DNA from: an uncultured Desulforhopalus sp.
GTDB lineage: Bacteria; Desulfobacterota; Desulfobulbia; Desulfobulbales; Desulfocapsaceae
Direction of reading: 5' to 3'
Length of the DNA: 64,000 nucleotides
Assembly: GCA_963677465.1 (NCBI GenBank)
Contig: OY781976.1
Location: 5,247,678-5,311,677 of the forward strand
Of the stretch, positions 19,027-27,557 are shown one piece after another. The notes below the pieces were generated by a model, which ran no database searches, was not told the DNA's origin, and saw only the letters and a program-made list of their open reading frames with translations. The position numbers and the translations under genes are program-made. The stretch's first letter is position 1, and the number at the start of each line of letters is the position of its first letter.

Positions 19027-19980
19027 ATGAACGATAGTAAGACGATCCGCATAGGCGTCAGCTCCTGCCTGCTTGGTAATAAGGTTCGCTATGATGGAGG
19101 ACACAAGCACGACAAATATATCACCGAAACGCTCGGAACCTATTTCGAATTTGTCCCGGTATGCCCCGAAGTGGAATGCGGTCTGCCAGTACCCCGTGAA
19201 GCAATGCGGCTCATCGGCGACCCTGAAGCACCGAGACTGGTGACCAATAAGACAGGCATCGACCATACGGACAAAATGAATGATTGGGCGCAGATGCGGG
19301 TACAGCAATTGGCCCGGGAGGATCTCTGCGGCTTTATTTTTAAAAGCAAATCGCCTTCCTCAGGCATGGAAAGAGTGAAGGTGTACGACAAAAACAACAG
19401 TCCCCACGCAATTGGCGTCGGCCTTTTCGCCAGGGTATTTAAAGACCGGTTGCCGCTCCTGCCTGTTGAAGAAGAGGGTCGCCTGCACGACATGGCGCTG
19501 CGTGAAAATTTCATCGAATCCGTCTTCGTCTATCGGCGCTGGCGTGACACCTTAAAGGAATTCACCGCTCACAGCCTGGTTTCATTTCATACCGAACACA
19601 AATTACTGCTTCGAACCCACAGCGAAAAACATTACCGGGAACTTGGCCGTATTGTTGCGAAAGCCGGAACATTGAATACTGAAAGCCTTTTCACCTTGTA
19701 TCAGGATAACCTGATGGCAGCCATGCAACTCAAACCAACGGTAAAAAAGCACGTGAATGTTCTCATGCACATGATGGGCTACTTTAAAAAGACACTTTCA
19801 GCCGATGAAAAGCAGGAACTGCTTGAGGTGATAGAACATTTCAGGAACCATCATGTGCCACTGATCGTTCCGATGACCCTCATGAATCATTATGTTCGCA
19901 AATATCAGGAACCATATCTCCAACAGCAATACTATCTCAACCCGCACCCAACCGAGTTGAAACTTCGCAATCACGCCTGA
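19027..19980 (+). CDS. YbgA-like DUF523 + DUF1722 two-domain protein
   Basis: N-terminus IRIGVSSCLLGNKVRYDGGHK (DUF523-like). The C-terminal half has the helical DUF1722-like pattern (HKLLLRTHS...Y). Confidence 0.65.
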   Translation: MNDSKTIRIGVSSCLLGNKVRYDGGHKHDKYITETLGTYFEFVPVCPEVECGLPVPREAMRLIGDPEAPRLVTNKTGIDHTDKMNDWAQMRVQQLAREDLCGFIFKSKSPSSGMERVKVYDKNNSPHAIGVGLFARVFKDRLPLLPVEEEGRLHDMALRENFIESVFVYRRWRDTLKEFTAHSLVSFHTEHKLLLRTHSEKHYRELGRIVAKAGTLNTESLFTLYQDNLMAAMQLKPTVKKHVNVLMHMMGYFKKTLSADEKQELLEVIEHFRNHHVPLIVPMTLMNHYVRKYQEPYLQQQYYLNPHPTELKLRNHA

Positions 19981-19998
19981 CTCGATAAAGGAGAATAT

Positions 19999-20913
19999 AT
20001 GAAACCCAGAAGATCGAATTTGTCCGTCCCCGGCCATGTCGAAAAAATGCACGGCAAGGCTGCCAACAGTAACGCTGATGTGATTATGCTGGATCTCGAA
20101 GACAGTGTCCCCATTGACCAGAAAGAGAAGGCCCGGGCCCAAGTGATTCAGTCACTGCTTGATCTCGACTGGGGGAAAAAAACCGTTACCGTGCGTATTA
20201 ATTCTTTGGATACTCCTTTCGCCTATCGTGATCTTTTAGAGGTCGCTGAGAATTGTGGACATCTGGTGGATGCCATCGTCATTCCCAAAGTCAATTTTCC
20301 TGGAGATATAAGTTTTATAGATCGTATGCTGGACGGCATCGAGATGAACAAAAACATATCCCGAGCCATCGGCATTGAAGTATCCGTTGAAACCGCCGAA
20401 GGCCTGTTACGCTCGCCAGAAATTGCCCAGGCAAGTGACCGCATAATAAGCTTTGTTTTTGGCATTGCCGACTATTCTGCTTCGGTGGGTGCACGACTGG
20501 TGTCTATCTCTGGCCATGGCGAGAAAGAAGAGGAGCTGTACCCTGGTCATCGCTGGCATTTTGCCTTGAGCAAGATGGTCATGGTCGCCAAAGCCAACCG
20601 CAGTTTAGCGATAGATGCTCCCTATGGTAACTTCAAAGATCTTGATGGCCTGCGGCGATCGGCGTTAATGTCATGTGCGCTTGGCTGTGACGGTAAATGG
20701 GCGATTCATCCATCCCAGATTGACAGTATCAACGAAGTGTTCACTCCTTCACAAAAAGATATTGATCTTGCAGTAAAGGTTCTTGAGGCAAATGACCGTG
20801 CCCAGGCCGAAGGGAAAGGAGCTGTGGCGGTGGAAGGCCGAATGGTGGACCAGGCAACCGTTCGTATGGCCAGACAACTGTGGGAACAGGCAAAGTTTCT
20901 TGAACTGATTTAA
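19999..20913 (+). CDS. HpcH/HpaI aldolase / citrate lyase beta (CitE)-like lyase
   Basis: RRSNLSVPG ... VIMLDLEDSVP motif and a TIM-barrel-like pattern typical of CitE/malyl-CoA lyase-like enzymes. Confidence 0.7.
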   Translation: MKPRRSNLSVPGHVEKMHGKAANSNADVIMLDLEDSVPIDQKEKARAQVIQSLLDLDWGKKTVTVRINSLDTPFAYRDLLEVAENCGHLVDAIVIPKVNFPGDISFIDRMLDGIEMNKNISRAIGIEVSVETAEGLLRSPEIAQASDRIISFVFGIADYSASVGARLVSISGHGEKEEELYPGHRWHFALSKMVMVAKANRSLAIDAPYGNFKDLDGLRRSALMSCALGCDGKWAIHPSQIDSINEVFTPSQKDIDLAVKVLEANDRAQAEGKGAVAVEGRMVDQATVRMARQLWEQAKFLELI

Positions 20914-20996
20914 GATATTGCGAATTTATATCTTTTTAGCAGGAAAACTATTAATCTCAAGAGACCATTGAACATAATTCTTTATTGAGGTTTGTT

Positions 20997-21680
20997 ATGG
21001 AAAAGGGTCTTAAAAAAAAGTGGCTGATGGCGGGTCTTATCATGGCGGCCTCTGCGCTGGTTGTGATCCTGGCAATTTTTCTTGTTCGAAAACCGGCACT
21101 GGAAATTACAGTCCGCGGAGGCAGAGCCATCATTCCTGTGGTCGATATACCGCAGTTCAGTTTGATCGATCAACAGGGCTTGCCATTCAACAACGACAGC
21201 CTGAAGGGTCACTGGACTCTCATGATGACAGGCTTTACCTATTGCCCTGACGTTTGTCCTACAACCCTGTCGATCATGGCGGCCTTTTTTGCAAAACTCG
21301 AGGCCATGCCGGAGGACAAAAACAAGGCCCCCCAATTCATATTCCTCAGTGTCGATCCTTTCCGGGATACGCTGGAAGAAATCGGCAGATACGTTGCCTA
21401 CTTTCACAAGGATTTCATTGGCCTGACAGGAACGCCGGAGAAAATTAACAAGCTGGTGTCCGGGCTCGGCATGTATTACGTCTATACCGACCCCGATGAC
21501 GACCATTTGCTGGACGATGTCTTGCATGAACCTGCCAAGAAAGATTACGGAGTCGTCCATTCATCGAGAGTATTGTTCATCAACCCACAGGCTAAACTGG
21601 TGGCTGTGTTGTCACAGCCATTTGAAGCCGATGATATCCTCACTCTTTTTAGCCAACTACAGGCCTATTACGGAGATTAA
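20997..21680 (+). CDS. SCO1/SenC family copper chaperone (thioredoxin fold)
   Basis: N-terminal TM anchor and the CxxxC copper motif FTYCPDVCP. A conserved His region lies downstream (VVHSSRVLFI). Confidence 0.8.
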   Translation: MEKGLKKKWLMAGLIMAASALVVILAIFLVRKPALEITVRGGRAIIPVVDIPQFSLIDQQGLPFNNDSLKGHWTLMMTGFTYCPDVCPTTLSIMAAFFAKLEAMPEDKNKAPQFIFLSVDPFRDTLEEIGRYVAYFHKDFIGLTGTPEKINKLVSGLGMYYVYTDPDDDHLLDDVLHEPAKKDYGVVHSSRVLFINPQAKLVAVLSQPFEADDILTLFSQLQAYYGD

Positions 21681-21682
21681 CC

Positions 21683-22111
21683 ATGAAACTCGTCAAACTG
21701 ATCCCGATCATCTTCTGTCTGTCTTTCTTTGTCACAGGCCAGGTCCTGGCGGGGGAAATATCGGTGACCGACCCATGGATTCGTGAGGCCCCACCGGGTG
21801 CAAAGGTGCTCGCCGCGTATATGAAAATCAGCAACAAGTCAACAGATACAGTAACGCTGGAAACCGTTTCAAGTACCGAGTTTTCAATGATCCATATACA
21901 CCTGACGAAAATGAGTGAAGGGATGGCCCAAATGCAAAAACAATCACAGCTGCAAATTGAAGCTGGCAGCAGCATTCTGCTGGAGCCCAATGGCCTTCAC
22001 CTCATGTTAATGCATCCTATACGGTCACTCCACGCTGGAGACATGGTCGACCTGCAACTTCATTTTGGCAACGATGAGATTATTGATGTAACGGCAATTG
22101 TGCGTAAATAA
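21683..22111 (+). CDS. PCu(A)C-type periplasmic copper chaperone (DUF461)
   Basis: Signal peptide, then ISVTDPWIREAPPGAKVLAAYMKISN and a Met/His-rich segment (HLMLMHP). It starts 2 nt after the Sco gene. Confidence 0.7.
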   Translation: MKLVKLIPIIFCLSFFVTGQVLAGEISVTDPWIREAPPGAKVLAAYMKISNKSTDTVTLETVSSTEFSMIHIHLTKMSEGMAQMQKQSQLQIEAGSSILLEPNGLHLMLMHPIRSLHAGDMVDLQLHFGNDEIIDVTAIVRK

Positions 22112-22116
22112 CTGCC

Positions 22117-22141
22117 CAGTAAGAGGATGGTTGGCTTACTG
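22117..22141. terminator. Weak hairpin between convergent genes (PCuAC and ACP)
   Basis: CAGTAAG / CTTACTG 7-bp stem with an 11-nt loop in the 39-nt convergent gap. No U-tract. Confidence 0.3.
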
Positions 22142-22150
22142 AAGGCGCAC

Positions 22151-22429
22151 TTAATTGGCCTTTTTGATATACTCGGCAAGGGTTTCCAGCGATTGCAAAA
22201 CGTCCCTGCTGGTATTTTCGGAATCCATCCTTACACCATATTCTTTCTGAATAGTTACTGCAATTTCAAGGGCATCCAAAGAGTCGAGCCCAAGAACTGA
22301 GTCCGGGCCTATTAAGGGTTCATCACCTACCAAGGTATCCATTTCCACTTCTTCGACATTGCATATTTTACAAATTAGTTCCAACAGCTCTTGTTCTAAA
22401 GGTTCCATAAAAGATTCTACTATATCCAA
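22151..22429 (-). CDS. Acyl carrier protein
   Basis: About 90 aa and acidic, with the phosphopantetheine attachment motif LGLDSLDALE. The start is ambiguous: TTG at 22429 or ATG at 22408. Confidence 0.8.
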   Translation of the reverse strand: MDIVESFMEPLEQELLELICKICNVEEVEMDTLVGDEPLIGPDSVLGLDSLDALEIAVTIQKEYGVRMDSENTSRDVLQSLETLAEYIKKAN

Positions 22430-22452
22430 CTTGAGTTTTGACTAAGGTTATA

Positions 22453-23739
22453 TTATTTTCGTGCTTGAGCAAACTTCCAGGCAAGAAGAATTGTCAGGAG
22501 GAAAAACAGACTAAGCCGGCCAAGGTCATCTAAAATAGCCGAAAAAGAATATCCCCGCACCAAGATATCGAGAAAAGCGGTCAGCCCCCAATTGAGCGGA
22601 GATAGTATAGCAATATGCTGCATTGCCTGTGGCATGGCATAGACCGGAACCATCACTCCACCAAGAGCGGCGGAGATGACAACCGCCGTATAGCCAGTTG
22701 TCGATGCCTGCTCATAGGTATTGCAGGCCATGCCAAGTAAAATACCAAAGCCGCAGGCGGCCAGACTCGACAAGAACACGACCATCAACAATGCAACAGG
22801 GCTTAGCGAAACGCTAAAGGCTGGCAGTCCAAGAAAGGGGAACAAAAAGATGCCAATAAGCCCCACAAGCAAGAACTGGCAGAGGCAGACACCGACAAAA
22901 GCAACAACTTTACCTAGAAAAAGGGCAAGATGGGAAATTGGCAGAGATGCCAGACGAATCCAGATACCGGATTTTCGCTCCTGTAAAATTGCCCCTGCTA
23001 AGGGTATAGCCGTAAAGAACATCCCAAAAAGTGCCCAGGCAGGCACATTTTGCTGAACCGGATTATATGGTGGCGCCTCCGCCGAACCAAGACCTTTACG
23101 GTTCTCCGTTAAGACAAAAAGCGGCTGCTCAATAAGTCCAGACAGTCCGGCGATGGGCAGCGAGTCATGGGCAATAGCCAAATGAGCAATTAATTTGTGC
23201 AGCTCCTTATCCAGAGTCTCAGCTTTTACCCCCAGACCAACTGCTTCCAAAGCCATCTGCAACTGAGCCGTGAGACCGGAACGAAGCCCCGGCATAATGC
23301 CCGGATCAAAAAAGACCTCCACCGCAAGACTCACCGCCTCCGTTTCTTTTCCATCCTGACTGCTCTTTTGAAATAAGCGTGCTGCTGTCTCGTGCATTTT
23401 ATCCGAGGAGCCCGCCGGTATGATAAGGCCAACCTGATAGTCCCCGTCAGCGACTGCTGCTTGAACATCTGCACTTTTTCTCAGCTCTTTATCCCAGGTA
23501 ACTATCTCAATATGCTCTTTTGTCAGCCTTTGCCGCAAAGAACGACCAAGAGCCCCATTATCTAAATCAAGGAGCAAGAGTTGGGTGTCTTTTTGCCCAG
23601 TGAGCTCCATGACATTTTCCTGAACAAGAGTAATCACAATAACCAGCAGAGCCGGCATGAGAAAGAGAACCAGCAAGCCTGCACGGTCGCGTTTCAGCAA
23701 GAGAAGTTCTTTGCCAGCGGCTGTGATTATTTTGAACAT
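22453..23739 (-). CDS. ABC-2 type transporter permease
   Basis: 428 aa with an N-terminal TM, a large extracytoplasmic loop and then 5 C-terminal TM helices. This topology is typical of ABC-2 exporters. It lies downstream of an ABC ATPase. Confidence 0.75.
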   Translation of the reverse strand: MFKIITAAGKELLLLKRDRAGLLVLFLMPALLVIVITLVQENVMELTGQKDTQLLLLDLDNGALGRSLRQRLTKEHIEIVTWDKELRKSADVQAAVADGDYQVGLIIPAGSSDKMHETAARLFQKSSQDGKETEAVSLAVEVFFDPGIMPGLRSGLTAQLQMALEAVGLGVKAETLDKELHKLIAHLAIAHDSLPIAGLSGLIEQPLFVLTENRKGLGSAEAPPYNPVQQNVPAWALFGMFFTAIPLAGAILQERKSGIWIRLASLPISHLALFLGKVVAFVGVCLCQFLLVGLIGIFLFPFLGLPAFSVSLSPVALLMVVFLSSLAACGFGILLGMACNTYEQASTTGYTAVVISAALGGVMVPVYAMPQAMQHIAILSPLNWGLTAFLDILVRGYSFSAILDDLGRLSLFFLLTILLAWKFAQARK

Positions 23740-23779
23740 AGCAGACGAATGAATAACCAGAAGAGTTGAAAAACACTCA

Positions 23780-24562
23780 TTATGTATCGCGAAGTTGCTT
23801 ACCAGTCAGGTGCAGAAAAAGATCTTCCAGATTACTGCTGCCACTTTGCAACAAGAGCTCATCGGGAGTACCTTGCTCAATAATTTTACCGCCGTCAATA
23901 ATTCCCACCCGACTGCAAAGTTCCTGAGCGTCTTCCATATAATGAGTTGTGTAGAGGATTGTCGTTCCCTTTTGGTTAAGTTCCATTAATTGTTTATGAA
24001 TTAAGTGCCTGGACTGAGTGTCAATCCCCACAGTCGGTTCATCAAGAAAGAGAATTTGCGGAAGATGCAGCAGGCCTGTTGCCAGATTGAGGCGCCGTTT
24101 CATTCCACCGGAATAGGTCGACACCAGGCGTGTTGCCTGCTCGGTCAGTCTGGCGAAATCAAGACATTGATCAATCCGATTCTTCAGTTTCACCCCGCTA
24201 AAGCCGTAGAGCCTGCCGAAAAACTGGAGATTTTCCAAGGCAGTCAAATTTTCATACAAGGCAATATCCTGGGGAACCAATCCTAAAAGCTGCCGGATTT
24301 CGTTCGATTGCCTCTGAAAATCCATCCCCATAACCGAGACAGTACCGCTGTCCGGTGGCATAAAGCCGCTAAAGACCGAAACGGCAGTGGTTTTGCCGGC
24401 ACCGTTTGCGCCAAGCAAGCCGAAAAACTCACCCTTTTCGACGTGCAAACTAAACCCGTTCAAGGCAGGACTTTCGCTATTTTTATACCGCTTGACAAGA
24501 GACCGGGCCACAAGAGCATATGCCTGATCTTCTTTCTGTTCGCAAAACTTACTGGCTGTCAT
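23780..24562 (-). CDS. ABC transporter ATP-binding protein (ABC-2 exporter type)
   Basis: Walker A GANGAGKTT, signature YSGGMKRRL, Walker B ILFLDEPTVGID. Start set at the ATG that overlaps the upstream stop (ATGA). The track ORF extends to 24622. Confidence 0.85.
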   Translation of the reverse strand: MTASKFCEQKEDQAYALVARSLVKRYKNSESPALNGFSLHVEKGEFFGLLGANGAGKTTAVSVFSGFMPPDSGTVSVMGMDFQRQSNEIRQLLGLVPQDIALYENLTALENLQFFGRLYGFSGVKLKNRIDQCLDFARLTEQATRLVSTYSGGMKRRLNLATGLLHLPQILFLDEPTVGIDTQSRHLIHKQLMELNQKGTTILYTTHYMEDAQELCSRVGIIDGGKIIEQGTPDELLLQSGSSNLEDLFLHLTGKQLRDT

Positions 24563-25566
24563 GATTGTGTTTTCAGCCATTGTTCCAGTTGCCGAAAGAA
24601 CTTTTCTTCCAATGCTCCACACTCACGGATCTGCACGGCCATAGCCTTATAGCTGTCGCCTGGCTGAGCACGTTTTTTACATATCCGGGCGGCCATCACG
24701 GCAAACTTTCGCCAGCGATCTCCCGCCGCGGTCAGTAGGGTTGCATAGTCAAGTAAGGAGGGCTCCTGAAGTTCTTCGGCACTTTCTTGCAAAAAAGCGG
24801 CATACATAAAACGAAAGCCACCACCCCCCGTACCAATTTCTTCCTGCATGCGAACAACATGGCCCAAATGCAGATCAGCACTTTCTTCGCCCAGTCGTTC
24901 AGGCCATTTTTCGAGTCGGTTGGCCATAAATCGTATGCCCTTAACGCCAATTAATGGGAAAGGACTGGCAAGCATATTTTTACAGACAGAACGAATACCC
25001 TGGACGATAAGCGGTCTACGCTGCAGTTGTGCGGGCACTTGCGTCAGGTAGTACATTTTCCCTTTGGGAGCAAGAACTCCAGAGGCAAATCGGGCTCGAG
25101 CCAAATCTGCAGATGGACAACGAACAGGTCCAGGAAAAACCGGATCGCTTATGAGATATTCATCACCCTCTTTGCCATAGACCACGAGGTTATGGGCATT
25201 GAAGTGGAAGCGTAAGGCCTTTGGAAAATAAGGTAACCAGTAGACTCCTGTCTGTAATCCCACCGGAATCGACTTGGCAAGGGCAGCATCCAATTCAGCC
25301 ATTGCCTGATCTTTGTCCCGGAACTTTTTCTGGTACATGGTGATGCCGGGAATTTTACCGATCCGCTTTAAGATATGGCCGGCGGCAGAGCGGTAGGTAA
25401 CCAGGGGCAGGCCGTGAATCCGGATAAAGGGCAGATAACCAAAGAATAGGCCAGCACCAATGCCAAAGGCCATGGCCTCTGAAAAAGCGATCCCTTTGTG
25501 ACTGAGCAGGTTGGCGGCGACACCACTCTCGCAGTGGGCAGATTGCAGGTGAGGAAAATCAGTCAA
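24559..25566 (-). CDS. BtrH-like N-terminal domain / DUF4872 protein (papain-like fold, putative ACP-dependent acyl transferase or peptidase)
   Basis: N-terminus HLQSAHCESGVAANLLSHKGIAFSEAMAFGIGAGLFFGYLPF, with the candidate catalytic Cys in the HCES context. It matches my memory of the BtrH_N family. Confidence 0.55.
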   Translation of the reverse strand: MTDFPHLQSAHCESGVAANLLSHKGIAFSEAMAFGIGAGLFFGYLPFIRIHGLPLVTYRSAAGHILKRIGKIPGITMYQKKFRDKDQAMAELDAALAKSIPVGLQTGVYWLPYFPKALRFHFNAHNLVVYGKEGDEYLISDPVFPGPVRCPSADLARARFASGVLAPKGKMYYLTQVPAQLQRRPLIVQGIRSVCKNMLASPFPLIGVKGIRFMANRLEKWPERLGEESADLHLGHVVRMQEEIGTGGGGFRFMYAAFLQESAEELQEPSLLDYATLLTAAGDRWRKFAVMAARICKKRAQPGDSYKAMAVQIRECGALEEKFFRQLEQWLKTQS

Positions 25567-26002
25567 CAGGATTACCCTCGTGCTCTTGTTGATTATAGAC
25601 AGGTGGCTTGAGCTTGCCCTGGATCAGGTCATCTAAAGAAACCTTAAAGACCTCACCATACTTTTTTAAGGTGCCGGCGCCTAAGCGACTAAAAAAGAAA
25701 GGAATCATGTGCAGACGAACAAAGCAGCGAGATTGCCTGGTGTAACTGGCAAGAAGGCCGGTGTCCATCTGGTTGGCGGTCATATAGTAATGCAGGCAAC
25801 TTACCCGACCTGCGGCGACTTTCTCTTTTGATACCGCAATCTGTTTCTCTATCTCCTGCCAGGCCTGGTGGTTGACGACATCCACGGGATGCCACATAGC
25901 ACTCTGAACAAGTTCCTGATTGCCTTCTTGGTTTGCCACATAACTGATTATTTTTACCCCATCAGTTATATCGCTTTTTGCAGATTGGTTTGGCTGGTCC
26001 AT
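25559..26002 (-). CDS. Hypothetical protein (147 aa)
   Basis: Coding-like ORF in an operon position, overlapping the downstream BtrH-like start by 8 nt. I recognised no family. Confidence 0.45.
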   Translation of the reverse strand: MDQPNQSAKSDITDGVKIISYVANQEGNQELVQSAMWHPVDVVNHQAWQEIEKQIAVSKEKVAAGRVSCLHYYMTANQMDTGLLASYTRQSRCFVRLHMIPFFFSRLGAGTLKKYGEVFKVSLDDLIQGKLKPPVYNQQEHEGNPVD

Positions 26003-26008
26003 GGGATT

Positions 26009-26644
26009 TTAAAAAGTCACACCTATCAACAACTTGACTGAATTAAGAGGTTCATTGGGTTCTTCGGTGCCGGCATTGGAGATATGGTGATATCGCAACT
26101 CAAAGAGCAGTTGATGAACTTGGTCCCATGGGTATTTAATGCCTGCGCCAAATTGATAATTGCCATTTAATTTGGCGCCCATGCCCGAGATATCGGCAAA
26201 GCTGTACACCGGCCCCCCACCACCAAAAACATAAGGCTGCCATTGCTGGCCGGCGGTAAAGGTGTAGGCTGCCAAAAAATTCACGCCAACCATAGTAGCG
26301 ACATCAGGACTGACGACAAGAGAGACAGGAAGTTCCAGGAAAAGAGAATGATAACCTCGGTACCACCCGGATCCTATATTATCAAAGATACGATGATTAT
26401 ACCGGGGAATAAAATCTAAAGTTTGAACTCGCTGGGTGGTCTCTCCCCAACCGGGAAAGCTTTGGCCATAGCCACTGATAAAGGCCCAATTATCTTTTGA
26501 GGTATCAAGGCCACTCGCGTCGGCAGAATCAACCAGGAAGGGCGACAAGACAAAAAAGCTTATCAGCAGAAAGAGACAGACTGCGCCATCATGCCTTTCG
26601 ATTCGATTTTTTTTCGCTTGATTGTGCTTGTTGTAAGAAGCCAT
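26009..26644 (-). CDS. Acyloxyacyl hydrolase / PagL-like outer-membrane lipid deacylase
   Basis: Signal peptide, beta-barrel-like alternating pattern, conserved LRYHHISNAG (His-x-Ser-Asn catalytic region of the PagL-like family) and a C-terminal aromatic residue. Confidence 0.65.
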   Translation of the reverse strand: MASYNKHNQAKKNRIERHDGAVCLFLLISFFVLSPFLVDSADASGLDTSKDNWAFISGYGQSFPGWGETTQRVQTLDFIPRYNHRIFDNIGSGWYRGYHSLFLELPVSLVVSPDVATMVGVNFLAAYTFTAGQQWQPYVFGGGGPVYSFADISGMGAKLNGNYQFGAGIKYPWDQVHQLLFELRYHHISNAGTEEPNEPLNSVKLLIGVTF

Positions 26645-26753
26645 TCATTATCTGATAAAGAGTTTTTTCACCTACATCCTCAAAATAAAGCCTTTGGTGA
26701 ATCAATCTTTATACCGCAAACGAGCTGGGATTTGCAAGAAGATTGAGGTTTTG

Positions 26754-27557
26754 CTATAAAAACTGCATTACTGGCCGCTCAATCAGCTGTTCCAGCGGAA
26801 CAGTGGTATATTTCTTCTGCAATGTGCCAAACAGGAGATCGAGTTCTTTTTGCCAATCGTCCAACTGGTTTTTCTGATTTGGCGGAAGGTCGTGGAGCAT
26901 TATTATATTGCCAGGTTGGAGACGTTTGAGGATTTTTTCGGCGAGCTTATGGATATTCCGGTTGCCTCGATCAAAGGCACGGCAGCTGTAATTTACCGTT
27001 ATGAGGCCTTCTTCTGCCAGCACTCTACTGAGACGAGAACCGGTGATCCCCGCAGGCGGCCTGAAAACGAGAGGTTTCACGCCATATTGTTTTAAGATTT
27101 CCTGATTCTTATGGATATCCTTCTGTATTCTTTTTTGGCTTCGGAACATGAGAAAATAATCATGATGCCAGGAATGATTGCCTATGGTATGGCCTCCATC
27201 AAGAATCCTTTGGATCAATTCAGGATGTTGAGCCGCCTTTTCACCTATCATAAAAAATGTCGCATTTAGGTTGTGACGTGCCAGTAAACCCAGCAGAACT
27301 GGCGTAGACAGAGGTGATGGACCGTCATCAAAGGTAAGGGCAATCGCCTCACTTCCTGCTTGGCCACGACTGATGACCGGCAGGAAAAAGCCAAATTCCG
27401 GCAAAAATGGTGCTGCAAAGCAGAGGATAAGGAAAACAATCAGCGGCAAGGCTGCCAGCAAAGGAGCAACACAAAAGAGAACAATCGCCAACAATAGCGC
27501 CAGAATGCCGGTTTTAGCAGCCAAAGACAAGGGTATCTTATTATTGTTATAGAGCAA
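26754..27557 (-). CDS. Membrane-anchored polysaccharide deacetylase (NodB homology domain)
   Basis: Two N-terminal TM helices, then NodB motifs LTFDDGP and GNHSWHH. Overlaps the end of the MMPL gene by 11 nt. Confidence 0.8.
   Translation of the reverse strand: MLYNNNKIPLSLAAKTGILALLLAIVLFCVAPLLAALPLIVFLILCFAAPFLPEFGFFLPVISRGQAGSEAIALTFDDGPSPLSTPVLLGLLARHNLNATFFMIGEKAAQHPELIQRILDGGHTIGNHSWHHDYFLMFRSQKRIQKDIHKNQEILKQYGVKPLVFRPPAGITGSRLSRVLAEEGLITVNYSCRAFDRGNRNIHKLAEKILKRLQPGNIIMLHDLPPNQKNQLDDWQKELDLLFGTLQKKYTTVPLEQLIERPVMQFL

Noticed and set aside
20982-21560. 192-aa minus-strand ORF.
   Set aside because: Antisense to the Sco1/SenC gene, which carries the CxxxC motif. Shadow ORF.
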